A stretch of 64,000 nucleotides of DNA from an uncultured Actinomycetota bacterium (GCA_963754965.1 CAVWIA010000001.1:94142-158141), one strand, 5' to 3'. Shown: positions 53,204 to 63,532, numbered from the stretch's first letter. Notes: generated by a model not told the origin, from the sequence alone. Numbers and translations: made by a program.

Positions 53204-53512
53204 ATGGGCCAACGAATTCTCACCGACGTGAGCGCAACAGTCAACCTGGACCGCGAGTCCGAGCTCGTGGCTGGTTTTCAAGAGCTGATCTCGGGGCCAG
53301 TGCCGGATGGACTGATCCGCACCGAGTTGCTCGGAGGAGCGGACGGGCGGTGGCGGATTCAGACAGTTTGGCGCGATCGAGAGGCGCTCGGCGCAATGCG
53401 CGCCGCACCCGAGCCCCCAGCCGCCCCTCGGCTCTTCCACAGTGTCGGCGCCGACCCCTCGCTGCAGGTCTACGAAGTTACACTCGAGCACATTCCTTCG
53501 GCTCCCAAATAG
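53204..53512 (+). CDS. Small dimeric alpha/beta-barrel (ABM-like) hypothetical protein
   Basis: AAGGGG RBS; PDGLIRTELL...WRIQTVWRDREALGAMR. Confidence 0.6.
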   Translation: MGQRILTDVSATVNLDRESELVAGFQELISGPVPDGLIRTELLGGADGRWRIQTVWRDREALGAMRAAPEPPAAPRLFHSVGADPSLQVYEVTLEHIPSAPK

Positions 53513-53584
53513 TGGATAGCGGATCCATCGGCCCCCAATAGTGGATAGCGGATCCATCGGCCCCAAATAGTGGGTAGCGGATCT
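53498..53584 (+). repeat. Tandem repeat, three ~29-bp units (TCGGCYCCMAATAGTGGRTAGCGGATCCA)
   Basis: Units start at 53498, 53528 and 53557; there are no spacers between them. Confidence 0.9.
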
Positions 53585-53759
53585 TGATCATTCGCTCTAC
53601 CTTCACCAGTTCTCGGCGGGCGCACCTTCACAACGACTTGGTCAGCTCTGATCCAGGTGTCATGCACCCCCTTTGGCGTGCCAAAGGCATAGGTCACGCC
53701 CGGCCTCAGTTGTGGTCCCGTTTCTTCCAGGCTCTGGCCCGGCGACCGGCGACCATCGC

Positions 53760-54164
53760 CAGACGAGGTCCTCGCCGAGGCGATACACCAGCCAGGTCTC
53801 CTGGATCTTGATCGTCGCCTTTGTGCTGTCGCTTCTATACGAGTTGTACCGGTTCACGGCGAAGAACGGGATCTCAAGTACGACTCGATGCGGAGCTTCC
53901 TGATTCAAGAGCTGCCCTTCTACGCGATCGCATTTGCCTTAGCTGTGCTAGTGCCTTTTGGAATGGCCATGGGTTGCCTGGACGGCCCTTGCCGTTGGAG
54001 TCGGATTGATCATCGTCTCGATTTTCTACTACATCCCGCTTGTGTTGCCGCAACGAAAGCCTGGACCGATCGACTGGTTAGAGGACAAGCTCTACACTGG
54101 CATGCTGTTCGTCGCGGTCGCCCTGCTCGCCTACGACCTACTCGGAAAGACGCTCGTCCCGTAG
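53760..54164 (+). pseudogene. Frameshifted 4-TM membrane protein
   Basis: Continuous hydrophobic protein across ORFs 53673, 53888 and 53958, ending IDWLEDKLYTGMLFVAVALLAYDLLGKTLVP. Confidence 0.55.
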
Positions 54165-54794
54165 CAGCTGCGGGGGTATCAGTATTTTTGCCTCACCGGC
54201 CGCCGTGACCCGGACATATCCCAAGCGAACAGACCGACTCACTCCGTTCGATACCACAGATCCCCCACAGCAGAGTTGCTCAGGTCGTCAAGCAAGTCGA
54301 CGAACCGTCGCGGGCGCATCATGACGACGCGGCGCCTCCGCCCATGGAGTCGGGCGTCAACATCAGTCCGCCGAGTCGAATGGACCTGGTTGTGCGCTGG
54401 GCCGCGTCAGGCGGCCTACAGCCTCAGCCATGGCCGGCATCGGTTGAGTCCGACTGAACGGCTACTCGTCGTCTTCGCCTTGCTGGGTGGCCTTTCTTCG
54501 CTCAAGCCGCATTGGCAGCAGCGCTGACAGCACCGCCATCGCCCGGGCGAACGAATCGGCGATGGAGCCTGCCACCTTGCTCGCGACTATGGATCAAATG
54601 CTCAGCACAGCTGCGAAGCACAACGCATCCGGCGGCCTGGGCGACTGTTAGTCGGGCGCCCGCGCCCAGGTCGCATCCAAGCCAATCAAGATGATGCACG
54701 AATGTCACTTAGCTTGCGACTCTGGCGGGCAGCCGACGCTGCTTATGGCAAGAGAAGCTGGACGCAATCCTCATCGATATCGACCGCACATGCG

Positions 54795-55496
54795 TCAGGC
54801 CTGCTCAATCCCAACGGGGCGGCGCAGGACACTGGTTCCAAACCAGGCTCCCCAGACAATGAGAAGTGAAATCCCAAACACGCCGATTCTAAAGATGAGT
54901 TCAACCTGGATGATCCAACCGAAGGTATCGACCATGGCAAACCCCCCGATCAGCAGTGTGAGCACGCCTAGGGCGGAGCGCTCACGCCGGAGCAGCGCAC
55001 CAATCCCGAGACACCAGACACCCAACAAGAAGACTTCCAGCGGATTCCATAAGCCGCGCACAACCATGCTATAAAAGACCTTGATCATCATCTGCATGGC
55101 TTCCTGCTGGTTCGGCGTCGCCGCCGGATACTCCCGAGCCAAGGTCGGAATGGCGACGCCGAGCAGCACAGCGCCAACAGAGCCAATCAGCGAATACGAA
55201 ACCCCGCCGATCATGTACAGCAGCACCAGGTTGGGGCGCTGTGACCGGAACCAGCGGTACCCAAACACCGCAATCGGGACAAAGGATAGATAGGCCACCA
55301 GATCGAAAGCCATGCTCCAGTGGAACCAGCTGGCGCCGCTCGATCCGATCAGCAAGAGCGGTGTTGGGTCGGAAAACAGCGCCCCGGTGTGGTCTTTCGC
55401 CGACCAAAAGAGCGTAATAACGTTGAGGACGGTGGCCACCGTTAACACAATCCCGGACCAAGCCGCCAGTCGTTCCAAGCGCGGGAAATCGTTCAC
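54795..55496 (-). CDS. DUF4386-like multi-pass membrane protein
   Basis: About 6 TM helices; FHWSMAFDLVAY, LAREYPAA, GLWNPLE. Confidence 0.7.
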   Translation of the reverse strand: MNDFPRLERLAAWSGIVLTVATVLNVITLFWSAKDHTGALFSDPTPLLLIGSSGASWFHWSMAFDLVAYLSFVPIAVFGYRWFRSQRPNLVLLYMIGGVSYSLIGSVGAVLLGVAIPTLAREYPAATPNQQEAMQMMIKVFYSMVVRGLWNPLEVFLLGVWCLGIGALLRRERSALGVLTLLIGGFAMVDTFGWIIQVELIFRIGVFGISLLIVWGAWFGTSVLRRPVGIEQA

Positions 55497-55559
55497 GTTT
55501 CCCCCTGTGCACCATGTGTCTGCCATTGTTCCATCGCTGCCGGTTCGAACCACAATGGG

Positions 55560-55990
55560 GACTCTTCGAACTTTAGCGGGCTGTCGAAGTCCCGTGTCTA
55601 CAACGTCCAGCAGCGAGGCGACGAGCATGTCGGATGCTACGTCGTTGTTGTTCGGTCTGGAGGATGAGTTTCGCGTACTCGACGTCCAGCGGCTGCACGC
55701 CCGCACCGTGGGGTGATCATCGAGCAGATCGGGCGGGAAGGGCACTGCCCGACCTGCGGGGGCGTCCAGTATGGTCGGGCCGCGCCTGGCCTCCTGCCGA
55801 CTGTCTTCGGCCGAGCCGGGCCCACGGCATGGCGCGCTGACGTGCACAACCGCCGGGCTACCCTCGAAAGGCTGGGCTGGGCTCCCTTGTATGCGCGCCC
55901 GGCTCGTGGGCACTCACCTGCCCGGGTGACACGTGGATGCGGTGTGCCTGGACGGCTGCTGCGGCATCAACCTGCCAGTCCCGAGTCTTG
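55560..55990 (+). mobile_element. ISL3-family remnant (left end plus zinc-finger N-terminus)
   Basis: End sequence GACTCTTCGAACTT resembles the ISL3 GGCTCTT terminus; MSDATSLLFGLEDEFRVLDV...GHCPTCG; frameshifted and truncated. Confidence 0.75.
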
Positions 55991-56041
55991 ACCGCCCCGC
56001 GTGAGGTTCGGGGCTGTCGCGACCGTGCGGGAGTGCGTGAA

Positions 56042-56742
56042 TCAGGGCCGGTCGCTCCGGCCGGTGCCGCCCGGCGCCCAGTCGCGACCGGGCCAGTTGC
56101 CACCGAGTCCTGCCTGCTGAGCGCGCAGGATTGCTTCGGCCCGATCGGCTACCTGGAGCTTGGTGAAGACGTTCGATACGTGATTGCGGATTGTCTTGGG
56201 ACTCAGTTGCAGCTGTCGGGCGATCTGCGGGTTGGTCTGGTGTTGCGCGACCAGTGCGAGGATCTGGTGTTCGCGTTCGGTGAGTTGGGGGAAGGCGTTG
56301 GTCGGGGCGCTGGGTCGGGGAGTCGCGAAGAAGTCGATCAGCCGCCTGGCGATCTCCGGGCCGAAGATCGCCTCGCCGCTGGCACGGCGCGTACCGCGCG
56401 CAGGATCTCCGATTTGACCGCGCCCTTGAGTAGGTAGCCGCGGGCGCCGGCCTGCAGGGCCGCGAAGATCGAGTCGTCGTCGTCGAACATGCTGAGCACG
56501 AGGACGCTGATGTGGGGGCTGCCGCGCAGGATGCGGCGGGTCGCCTCGATCCCGCCGAGCCCGGGCATCTGCAGGTCCATCATGATCACGTCAGGCTGCA
56601 AGGATGTGGCCATAGCGACGACGTGTTCTCCGTCGGCGGCCTCGCCGATCACTTCGAGGTCGTCAGCCGAGGACAGCAGTGCCCGCAGGCCGCCACGGAA
56701 CTGGCGGGAGTCGTCGGCGATGACGAGCCGGATTGGATCCAT
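56042..56742 (-). CDS. NarL/LuxR-family response regulator (apparent frameshift at ~56383)
   Basis: IADDS, PDVIMMDLQMP, GARGYLLK; after the shift LTERE.QIL.LVA...N.QIA.QL.LSPKTIRNHVSNVFTKL. Confidence 0.9.
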
Positions 56743-56744
56743 GG

Positions 56745-58936
56745 CTAGCCGTCCTCTGAGGGTTCGCCGGTCGAGGGATCTGTACGGCAGGACCGCGGTG
56801 ATGACGGTGCCGTGCGGGACTCCGGCCGCGACGACCAGGGTTCCGCCCAGCTCGGCCGCTCGCTCGCGCATCGAGGTGAGGCCCACGCCGGTGCCCCGGT
56901 CGTCGGGCATGCCCGATCCGCAGTCTGCGACCTCAAGCCGCACCGAGTCGGCTCGTCCACCACGAGCCTCAGCCTGGCCGCTGTGGCACCTGCGTGGGTG
57001 GTGATGTTGCTCAGCGCTTCGGCGGCGATCCGGTACACGGCCACCTCCACGGCCGCCGGCAGGGGCGGCAGCACGTCGGGTGCTGAACACGTCGAGCTCC
57101 AGTCGGGGGTGCTGGGTGGCGAGCATCCGCAGCGCGCCCGATAGTCCGAGCGCGTCCAGCGCGGGTGGGCGGAGCCCGTACACCACCCGACGGACTTCGG
57201 CGACCGTCTCTTGGGCCTGCTTGACCAGCGTGTCGAGCATCCCCCGGGCTCGCTGCGGGTCGGTCGCGATCAGGTCGCGGGCCGTCTCCGCAGTCATCAT
57301 CATCGCGGCCAGCTGGGGCCCCACTCCGTCGTGGAGGTCCCGGCGGAGTCGGGAACGCTCGTCCTCCCGGGTGGTGACCAGCCGCTGCCGGGACCGTTGC
57401 AGGTCGCCAGCGAGCTGACGTGCTTCCTCCCAGTGGCGGGCGGCGCGCACCGCGGCGCCGATCTGCCGGGCCAGCTCTGCCAGTCGGCGGAGCTCGCTGG
57501 TGGAGAAGGTGTCTTCACCGATCCGCGGTGCTAACACGAGGACCCCAAACGACTCGCCGCCATAGCGCAGGGGCAGCCGAACCGGTGTCGATACCGGCAG
57601 CCCGTACTCCACGACCGTGGTCGGGAGGTCGCCGGCACTGTCAAGTTCGACTGCGGCGTAGGGCAGCTTCAACGCCTCGGAGACTGTACGCACGACCGTC
57701 TGCAGCACCGCATCCGGCGTCATTGTGTCCTCCAGCCGCTGCCCGAGGCGGGCCACGAGTGTGTACGGCTCGGCACGGTCGCCGTAGACCAGCCGGTTGA
57801 CACCGCGCTGCAGCCGGCCGTGCAGTGGCGTGAGGACCAGGGCCACCAAGCCGGTGGCAAGCAACGGCACGGCCAGGCCACCACCGCTGGGTTGCAGCAC
57901 CAACCCTGCCCCGGCAATGACGAGGACGTACAGGCCGACCACGCATGCGGTGAGGCTGCCATAGATCAGCGTTCGGCTGAGCACCACGTCCACCTCGAAC
58001 AGGTGGTGCCGGATCAGCGCGACACCGAGCGTGACCGGTACCAACAGCATGACCAGGTAGGAGGCCGTGGTGTAGCCGACCAAGTAGGCGAGCACCTGTG
58101 CCGGCGTCGTCGGGTCCGGCGAAGCACCGATGGCGGTGAGCGCGAAGTCCAACCCGAGGAACGCGGCGAAGGCGACCGTGATGCCGAACACCACCCATCT
58201 GATCTGCTGGCGTTGCCGCAGCGTCGGAGCGTGCCGGTAACGGTGCACCTGGGCATAGACCACGGTGCCGAGCGCGCCGAGCCAGATCACCGACTCGGCG
58301 ACGAGCTGCCAGGTTCCGGGGTTGGTGGTCCAACTCGGCACGACGTGCTCGGCCAGCTGCCAGCCGATCCACACGGCGGCGACCCAGCCGGTCCAGCGGG
58401 GCACGAACCGGCCGTCCGGGAAAACGTAGAGAAACAGCCCGAAGCAGGCGGCGCCGAGAAAGTGCAGCCAGGAGACTGGCGCCGCCAAGGTGGGATGGCT
58501 GGCGGCCAGCGCCGGCAACGTGAACCCGAACGTCGCGGTTCCAAAGAGCAACAAGGCCAGGGAGGCGAACACCGCTAAACGGTCGTCGGGGCGGCGCGCG
58601 AAGATCAGCGCCGCGATCCCGCCGTAGCAGACCCCGAACACCACGATCCATAAAGGTGGTGAACCAAGCGTAAAAGCTGGCGCTTAGCCCCAGATCCGTC
58701 AGCGACCGCAGGCCGTCGACCGGCAGTTGCCCCGTCGTGCAGACGGGCGTGGGACAGGCCACCCGCAGCAGGGCCAGCTCGGCCGGAACACCCGCAACGA
58801 ACAACCCCACGGTGAGCACTCCGGCTACGACCCAGAGCACCCAGAACATGACGTAGCGGCCGTGCGGGCGCTCACCGGCCGCCCGCTTCGTCACGGCGGT
58901 GACCTCCGTACCGGCTCGGAGAGCGAAACGGCTCAC
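56745..58936 (-). CDS. Membrane sensor histidine kinase, HisKA_3 type with GAF-like region (indels at ~58645, ~57080, ~56950)
   Basis: Multiple TM helices; EDERSRLRRDLHDGVGP (H-box), LRPPALD.LGL, YRIAAEAL.N, GVGLTSMRERAAELGG; GAGGAGG RBS before GTG 58936. Confidence 0.85.
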
Positions 58937-59928
58937 ACGCGACCTCCTCGCCCGCGTGGCTGACCCCGGGACACCAGGCAGCGCGCCCGGAGTCGTGCCC
59001 ATCTTCACTGTATTCCCGGCCGGGCCTCGCGCCGCCGTGTCGGCCGGGTCGCCGAGGCGCCCGCGGGTGAGGGCAATCAGCGCCAGGGCGAATGCGACGA
59101 CGATCGCGCTCGGGATCCAATACCCGGTGATTGCGGCGCTGGCCCCGGCGCCGGGAAGCGCGAACGTGTGGCCAAAGGCGGTGGTCGTGACGTCGAAACT
59201 CGAGTGCCAGATCCCGACCAGCAGCACACTCGCCCCGGTGACGTTGTAGAGCCACATGAACACGACCCGGCCGAACAGCTGGATAACCCCGACCACCGCT
59301 ACGTAGGCCAGCGCTAGGTGGAGCTGAGCCAACCCGAACCCGTTCGCCACCATGGTGCCCGGCAGATGGTAGCGGCAAAGGGCAGCGCGACGAGCGCGCT
59401 CGCGGCGACCGGGCCGAAGCGGTCCTGCCACCGCGCCTGCAGGAACCCGAGAAAACCGGCTTCCTCGGCGACGATGCAGAAGACGATCAGTATCAGCAGG
59501 TGCGGCAGTGTCGTCGTCAAGATCAGAACCCAGCGGTCCGCCATCACCTCCAGCACGCGAGGACCATAGATCACGACCGTCACGAGCAGCACCGACACGG
59601 GCACGCTGAGCAGTGCGAGGCCATACCAGCGGAGACGGACACGCCAGCGGAAGCACCGCCCAGCCAGCTCCCGAACCCCCTGCCGGCCACCGACGGCCGC
59701 AACCACCACAAACGCTGGCAGCGCCGACGCCAGAATCGGGCCCAGCGAGTCGGAGAAGGCGAGCCCGAACGGCAGAGCTCCCGGCCGGTTCAACGGCGGG
59801 ACCACTGCGACCGCGGTGCTGATTGACATCATCAGCAGCAGAAACGTCGCGACCGGATGGCGCGCGATGAGGCGGCGGACCGCCGAACGATGCACGACAT
59901 GGTCGACGGCAATTGACGATACGGTCAT
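58933..59928 (-). CDS. CPBP/Abi (CAAX protease-like) intramembrane glutamic endopeptidase (indels)
   Basis: IVAEEAGFLGFLQ (EE motif), YHLP, WLYNVTGASVLLVGIWHSSFD. Confidence 0.8.
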
Positions 59929-60154
59929 GACTCTCTCCCTGGCTACGCGCAACCCGATGTCACGCTCGCAAGCCAGCACACGCCCTAGGCAGTCCCGCCG
60001 TCATGAGCCAGAGACCCGTCCGGCAGGGAAGAATGTCCCTACGCTGTCCCAACGGCCAGCTCGTGACCGGTTCCATAGTCGGGGGCCAAGACGATCCGGG
60101 GGGAGCTCGTGGGAAGACGAACGAAGTCGAACAGCTTCGTTCCCGAGGAAAGCC

Positions 60155-60379
60155 GGCAATCTGGCGGAACGGGTGCACGCTGCCGCCACTCGACAAGGTG
60201 ATCGTCGGGTCAACTGAAACGGGATCGTGTAACCGCCCACGCCATCCGTCATCGACATAGCCCGCTCAAGCGTCGGCGACCGATCGCCCGCCAGCGCCTC
60301 GCCTGGGCTCCATTCGTGCTGCTGGCCAAGCAAAGCCTCGCCACGCACTTCGATACTCGTCGCTGCCAATGTCAAGCAC
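60155..60379 (-). pseudogene. Phage major capsid protein (HK97-fold, phiRv-like) remnant
   Basis: Three-frame read GSDEYRSAW / LERAMSMTDGVGGYTIPFQL / (D)PTITLSSGGSVHPFRQIA resembles the RAM.L.D..GG..IP..LDP.I.....GS.NP.RQ.A segment of actinobacterial prophage capsids. Confidence 0.7.
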
Positions 60380-60603
60380 CCTGAGCATGAAGATCAATCC
60401 CGGAATCGTCTCGCTCAATAGCCCGAGCCGCGAACTCCAGCGCTTATGATTCAGCACATGATCAGCCATGTTCGGATGCTGACAACCGCTAGACGGCCGC
60501 CCTAGTCGGCTTCAGGGCGGCCCCAAGGCCACTCTTGATCATCTTGACAGGTTGTAGGATCGGCGGGCATCGCACGCCCGCGCCGCCCCGATTCCTTTCC
60601 TAG

Positions 60604-61005
60604 CTATCGCGGCCGTCGCCGCAGACCGAGCCAGGCCATCGAAACTGCCAGTAGCTCCGCCACCAGTGTCAGCGCAGCTGTCGACCGATTCGGGTGCCGC
60701 CAGGCCTGCCGAACCGACTTCTCGGCCGGATACCCGAGGCTCATCATGACACCGAGGATTCCGAGCGTCGTTGCCGCCCTGGAACGGTGCCGGGTCATCA
60801 ATAGGACAGTTGCCAGCGCCTGGGCGAGGAGCATCCACCCCGGCGCCGACAGGTTCGTTCCCATGAACAAAAGATCGCGTTTCATGGTCGCCGGCGATCG
60901 ACGCAGGAAACCAAGGTCGTATTCCGTTCCGTCGCGCAGCGCCTTGCGCACCCCTAGCAGACCCAAGCCGAGTTGCACGGCTGAAATCACGCCCAGCAAT
61001 CTCAC
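60604..61005 (-). CDS. Hypothetical membrane protein
   Basis: Open frame with 3-4 hydrophobic helices; GTNLSAP, GYPAE. Confidence 0.6.
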   Translation of the reverse strand: MRLLGVISAVQLGLGLLGVRKALRDGTEYDLGFLRRSPATMKRDLLFMGTNLSAPGWMLLAQALATVLLMTRHRSRAATTLGILGVMMSLGYPAEKSVRQAWRHPNRSTAALTLVAELLAVSMAWLGLRRRPR

Positions 61006-61282
61006 AGCCGCATCCTAGGCATTGCCGGGCATGGGTATGGAACTCCACGTCAATTGACGACCCGACCTTGGTCACGCTAAACAAGGGGTTCCGACGACGT
61101 CTGGCCACGTTGCTGCGCACGGAGGAACCGATCCACGTTGCTCCTGTTAGTCACAGTCTCGCCGAAACGTGTTCCCGCGGGAATGTTTCGTGGACGGTTC
61201 CGCAAAGCAATAACAGGAGGCTTGACCGGACCCCTTGTTGGATGGCGCAGACCCCGGCAACATGACCCAGGGAGGGTGCGGC

Positions 61283-61954
61283 ATGGCGGAAGAAACTGCT
61301 GCGAACGAGCGTCTGCTGAGATGGTGCGGAATGGCCCTGGTGGTCGCCGGCCCGTTGATCGTTGCCGCGGCGCTGCTCCACCCGAGTCGTGAAACGGCCG
61401 CCACAATCATCGCCAGCGAGTCGCGGCTCGTCGCCGCACATGTCCTATTTACCCTTTACGGTGTGCTGGTCATGCTTGGCCTCCCCGGGCTCTACGCCGC
61501 TCACCGCGGTGGCATGGGACGGCTTGGCTTAATAGGATTTCTCGTTGCGATGCTCGGCACCTATCTCATCGCGGTCACCGGATACTTCGGGTTTATGGCC
61601 CCAGTCTTGGCCAGGGAGGCGCCTGCCACGCTCGATACCACGATCCAATATCCACCCGTCGTCGTTTCCAGCGGAGTGGCGGCAATCACCTTCATCGTCG
61701 GTTATGCATTGTTCGGCATCGCAATGACCCGGACGGCGACCCTGCCACGCCTGTCTGGCGTCCTCGTCGCCGTTGGCGGTCCGATGCACCTGCTCAGCTT
61801 CGGCATATCCCAGCTTGTCTCCACTGCGGTATGGGTGTTCGCCGTCATAGGAGCCGCGAGCCTCGGTACCGGCCTAGCTTGGGCCGGCTATCGGCTGTGG
61901 CGTTCGCCGGCTCCTCGCCGTCAGCTCTCCTCTGATAAGCGAACACCGGTCTGA
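61283..61954 (+). CDS. Multi-pass membrane protein (DUF4386-like)
   Basis: GGAGGG RBS; LLHP, LGLPGLYA, MGRLGLIGF, LPRLSG; about 6 TM helices. Confidence 0.72.
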   Translation: MAEETAANERLLRWCGMALVVAGPLIVAAALLHPSRETAATIIASESRLVAAHVLFTLYGVLVMLGLPGLYAAHRGGMGRLGLIGFLVAMLGTYLIAVTGYFGFMAPVLAREAPATLDTTIQYPPVVVSSGVAAITFIVGYALFGIAMTRTATLPRLSGVLVAVGGPMHLLSFGISQLVSTAVWVFAVIGAASLGTGLAWAGYRLWRSPAPRRQLSSDKRTPV

Positions 61955-62227
61955 CCACCGGCTCCTCGGAGGTCCTTTTCACGGAATCAGCCCGGCGCTG
62001 GACACCGGATCCGGGCGGTCGTGTTCCGGCGCCCAACGGCGTCAATACGATGCCTTCTTTTGGTGCCCAGTGATGGCGGGCCGCCGTCATGCGCAGATCC
62101 ACCGCAGCGAAAGGCCGAGGTCGATGCTGGACTACCTTCGTCACGTAGTGAGCAGCCGGCCCACGTTGAGGGTTCCTGCCCGATCAGATCTGAACGGTCT
62201 TGTCTGTCGCAGTAGTACGTTTAGGAA

Positions 62228-62431
62228 ATGGTCATCCTGGTTCGTGTAGCCCGGGTTGTGCTGTTGGTTGTCCTGGCTGCCGTTGCGGTTTCCCTCGTGA
62301 TCGCCATGGCCGGCCCGACCGGCGGTGTAGAGAAGGTCGCGCTCGCAGCCCTTATTGCCGTCTGTGTAGCGATCGGCGTTGGGATCACATCTGCGGCAAC
62401 TCATCTGCAGAAGCGCATTGTGCAGCGTTAG
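62228..62431 (+). CDS. Small two-TM membrane protein
   Basis: AGGA RBS; two hydrophobic helices separated by TGGVEK. Confidence 0.55.
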   Translation: MVILVRVARVVLLVVLAAVAVSLVIAMAGPTGGVEKVALAALIAVCVAIGVGITSAATHLQKRIVQR

Positions 62432-62900
62432 TGCGGCTGACTCCGCTTCTCTCTCAGTCCGCGATTCATCGGCTTCGATCTCGCCTTCTATGGCGGAATA
62501 GCAGGTTTGCAGCGCCCACGACCGCTACGAGGCCGGCAGAAAAAAGCGGAAGAAACGGTGGCGTAGTACTAAGCCTAGGGTTAGCTCCCTGACCGTCTGG
62601 TGTCACAAAACGACTTCAGCGAAGAGGTCGCCTGCTTCGGTTCGGAGACCGTTGGGTCGAGTATCAGCTCATGCAGCCCGACGTCCTCCTCGCTGCATGG
62701 CTACCTCCGCTCGGTTGCGACCAGCGCAGAGGTGAAGCTTGGACGAACCCGCTGTAGGTCTCGTTGGTTGCGAGTCCGCGGCGATCATTTGCGATGACGA
62801 GCGAGCTCTTTCCCATTCGGAGACCCCGTGAAAGGGTCAGCCGGTGCCTTGGAATGTCGACATCGACGCCGCCAACGGCCGTCAAATGATCATGGCCTGC

Positions 62901-62922
62901 TGACAGCAACTTTGACAGCAAC
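62901..62922 (+). repeat. Tandem TGACAGCAAC x2 (putative integrase arm-type sites, right end)
   Basis: TGACAGCAAC-TT-TGACAGCAAC, ~85 bp before the att repeat; same motif and 12-bp period as at 28437. Confidence 0.7.
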
Positions 62923-63007
62923 GGAGCCGGACTTCAGGCGCTTTCTCGGCCCCGATATGCCAGCCTCCTCAGGCGTAGATGCACATCCCTGCACGTTGTG
63001 CCGGGAC

Positions 63008-63047
63008 CTTGTAAACAGGGCTGGGGATTCGAGTCCCCCCGCCATCT
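63008..63047 (+). repeat. att site: degenerate copy of the tRNA-Thr 3' half
   Basis: CTTGTAAACAGG--GCTGGGGATTCGAGTCCCCCCGCCATCT versus tRNA 28336-28377 CTTGTAAACAGGTGGTTGGGGGTTCGAGTCCCCCCGCCAGCT (2-bp gap, 3 mismatches). Confidence 0.88.
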
Positions 63048-63050
63048 CTT

Positions 63051-63532
63051 TGTCTAAAACTGACGGAGCTTATTGACAGTCTGGGTCTCCCCAACCGAGG
63101 AGATCATCTAGTGACTGAGCGTGAGCTGGAGCGGCGGGCGCAGCGGCGCCTGGCCGTGTTGCGGCATGTGGCGGAAGTCAGCTTCAACGTGGCGGCCACC
63201 TGCCGCTATTACGGGATCAGCCGGCAGTGTTACTACAGCTGGCTACGCCGCTATGAGGCCGACTGGTTGGACGGGTTGAAGGACCGCTCCAGCCGGCCGC
63301 ACCACTCACCGAACGTGACCCAGGCTGAGGTGATCGAGAAGATTCTGTGGTTGCGGAAGCACTACCATTTCGGGCCGGCCAAGATCACGATGTATCTGGC
63401 CCGCTACCACGACGTGACCATCTCCACCTCCGGGGTGTGGCGGATCTTGAAACGGCTCGGCATGAATCGGCTGCCCGCCTCCGCCCGCTACCAACGCCGC
63501 CCGTTGCGGTGGAAACGCTACGAGAAGCAACC
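63051..63532 (+). mobile_element. IS481-family remnant (TGT terminus, HTH region; DDE domain missing)
   Basis: Begins TGT; GAGGAG RBS; RRLAVLRH..NVAATCRYYGISRQ.YY.WLRRYE...GLKDRSSRPH..YHFGP..WKRYEKQ, then homology stops. Confidence 0.82.

Larger units (their letters stand above)
28336..63047. mobile_element. Decayed integrative element/genomic island inserted in tRNA-Thr (~34.7 kb)
   Basis: Degenerate direct repeat of the tRNA 3' half at 63008-63047; integrase next to the tRNA; matching TGACAGCAAC pairs inside both ends; fragmented accessory content. Confidence 0.88.

Noticed and set aside
53498-53584. CRISPR array
   Set aside because: Units are contiguous with no unique spacers, and there are no cas genes in the window.
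57641-59656. CPBP protease-histidine kinase fusion (in-frame read-through in ORF 57641..59656)
   Set aside because: A strong GAGGAGG RBS and a GTGA start/stop overlap at 58933-58936 indicate two coupled genes; the read-through probably comes from another indel.
63008-63047. Second tRNA gene
   Set aside because: Only the 3' half is present, with a gap and mismatches; interpreted as an att repeat.
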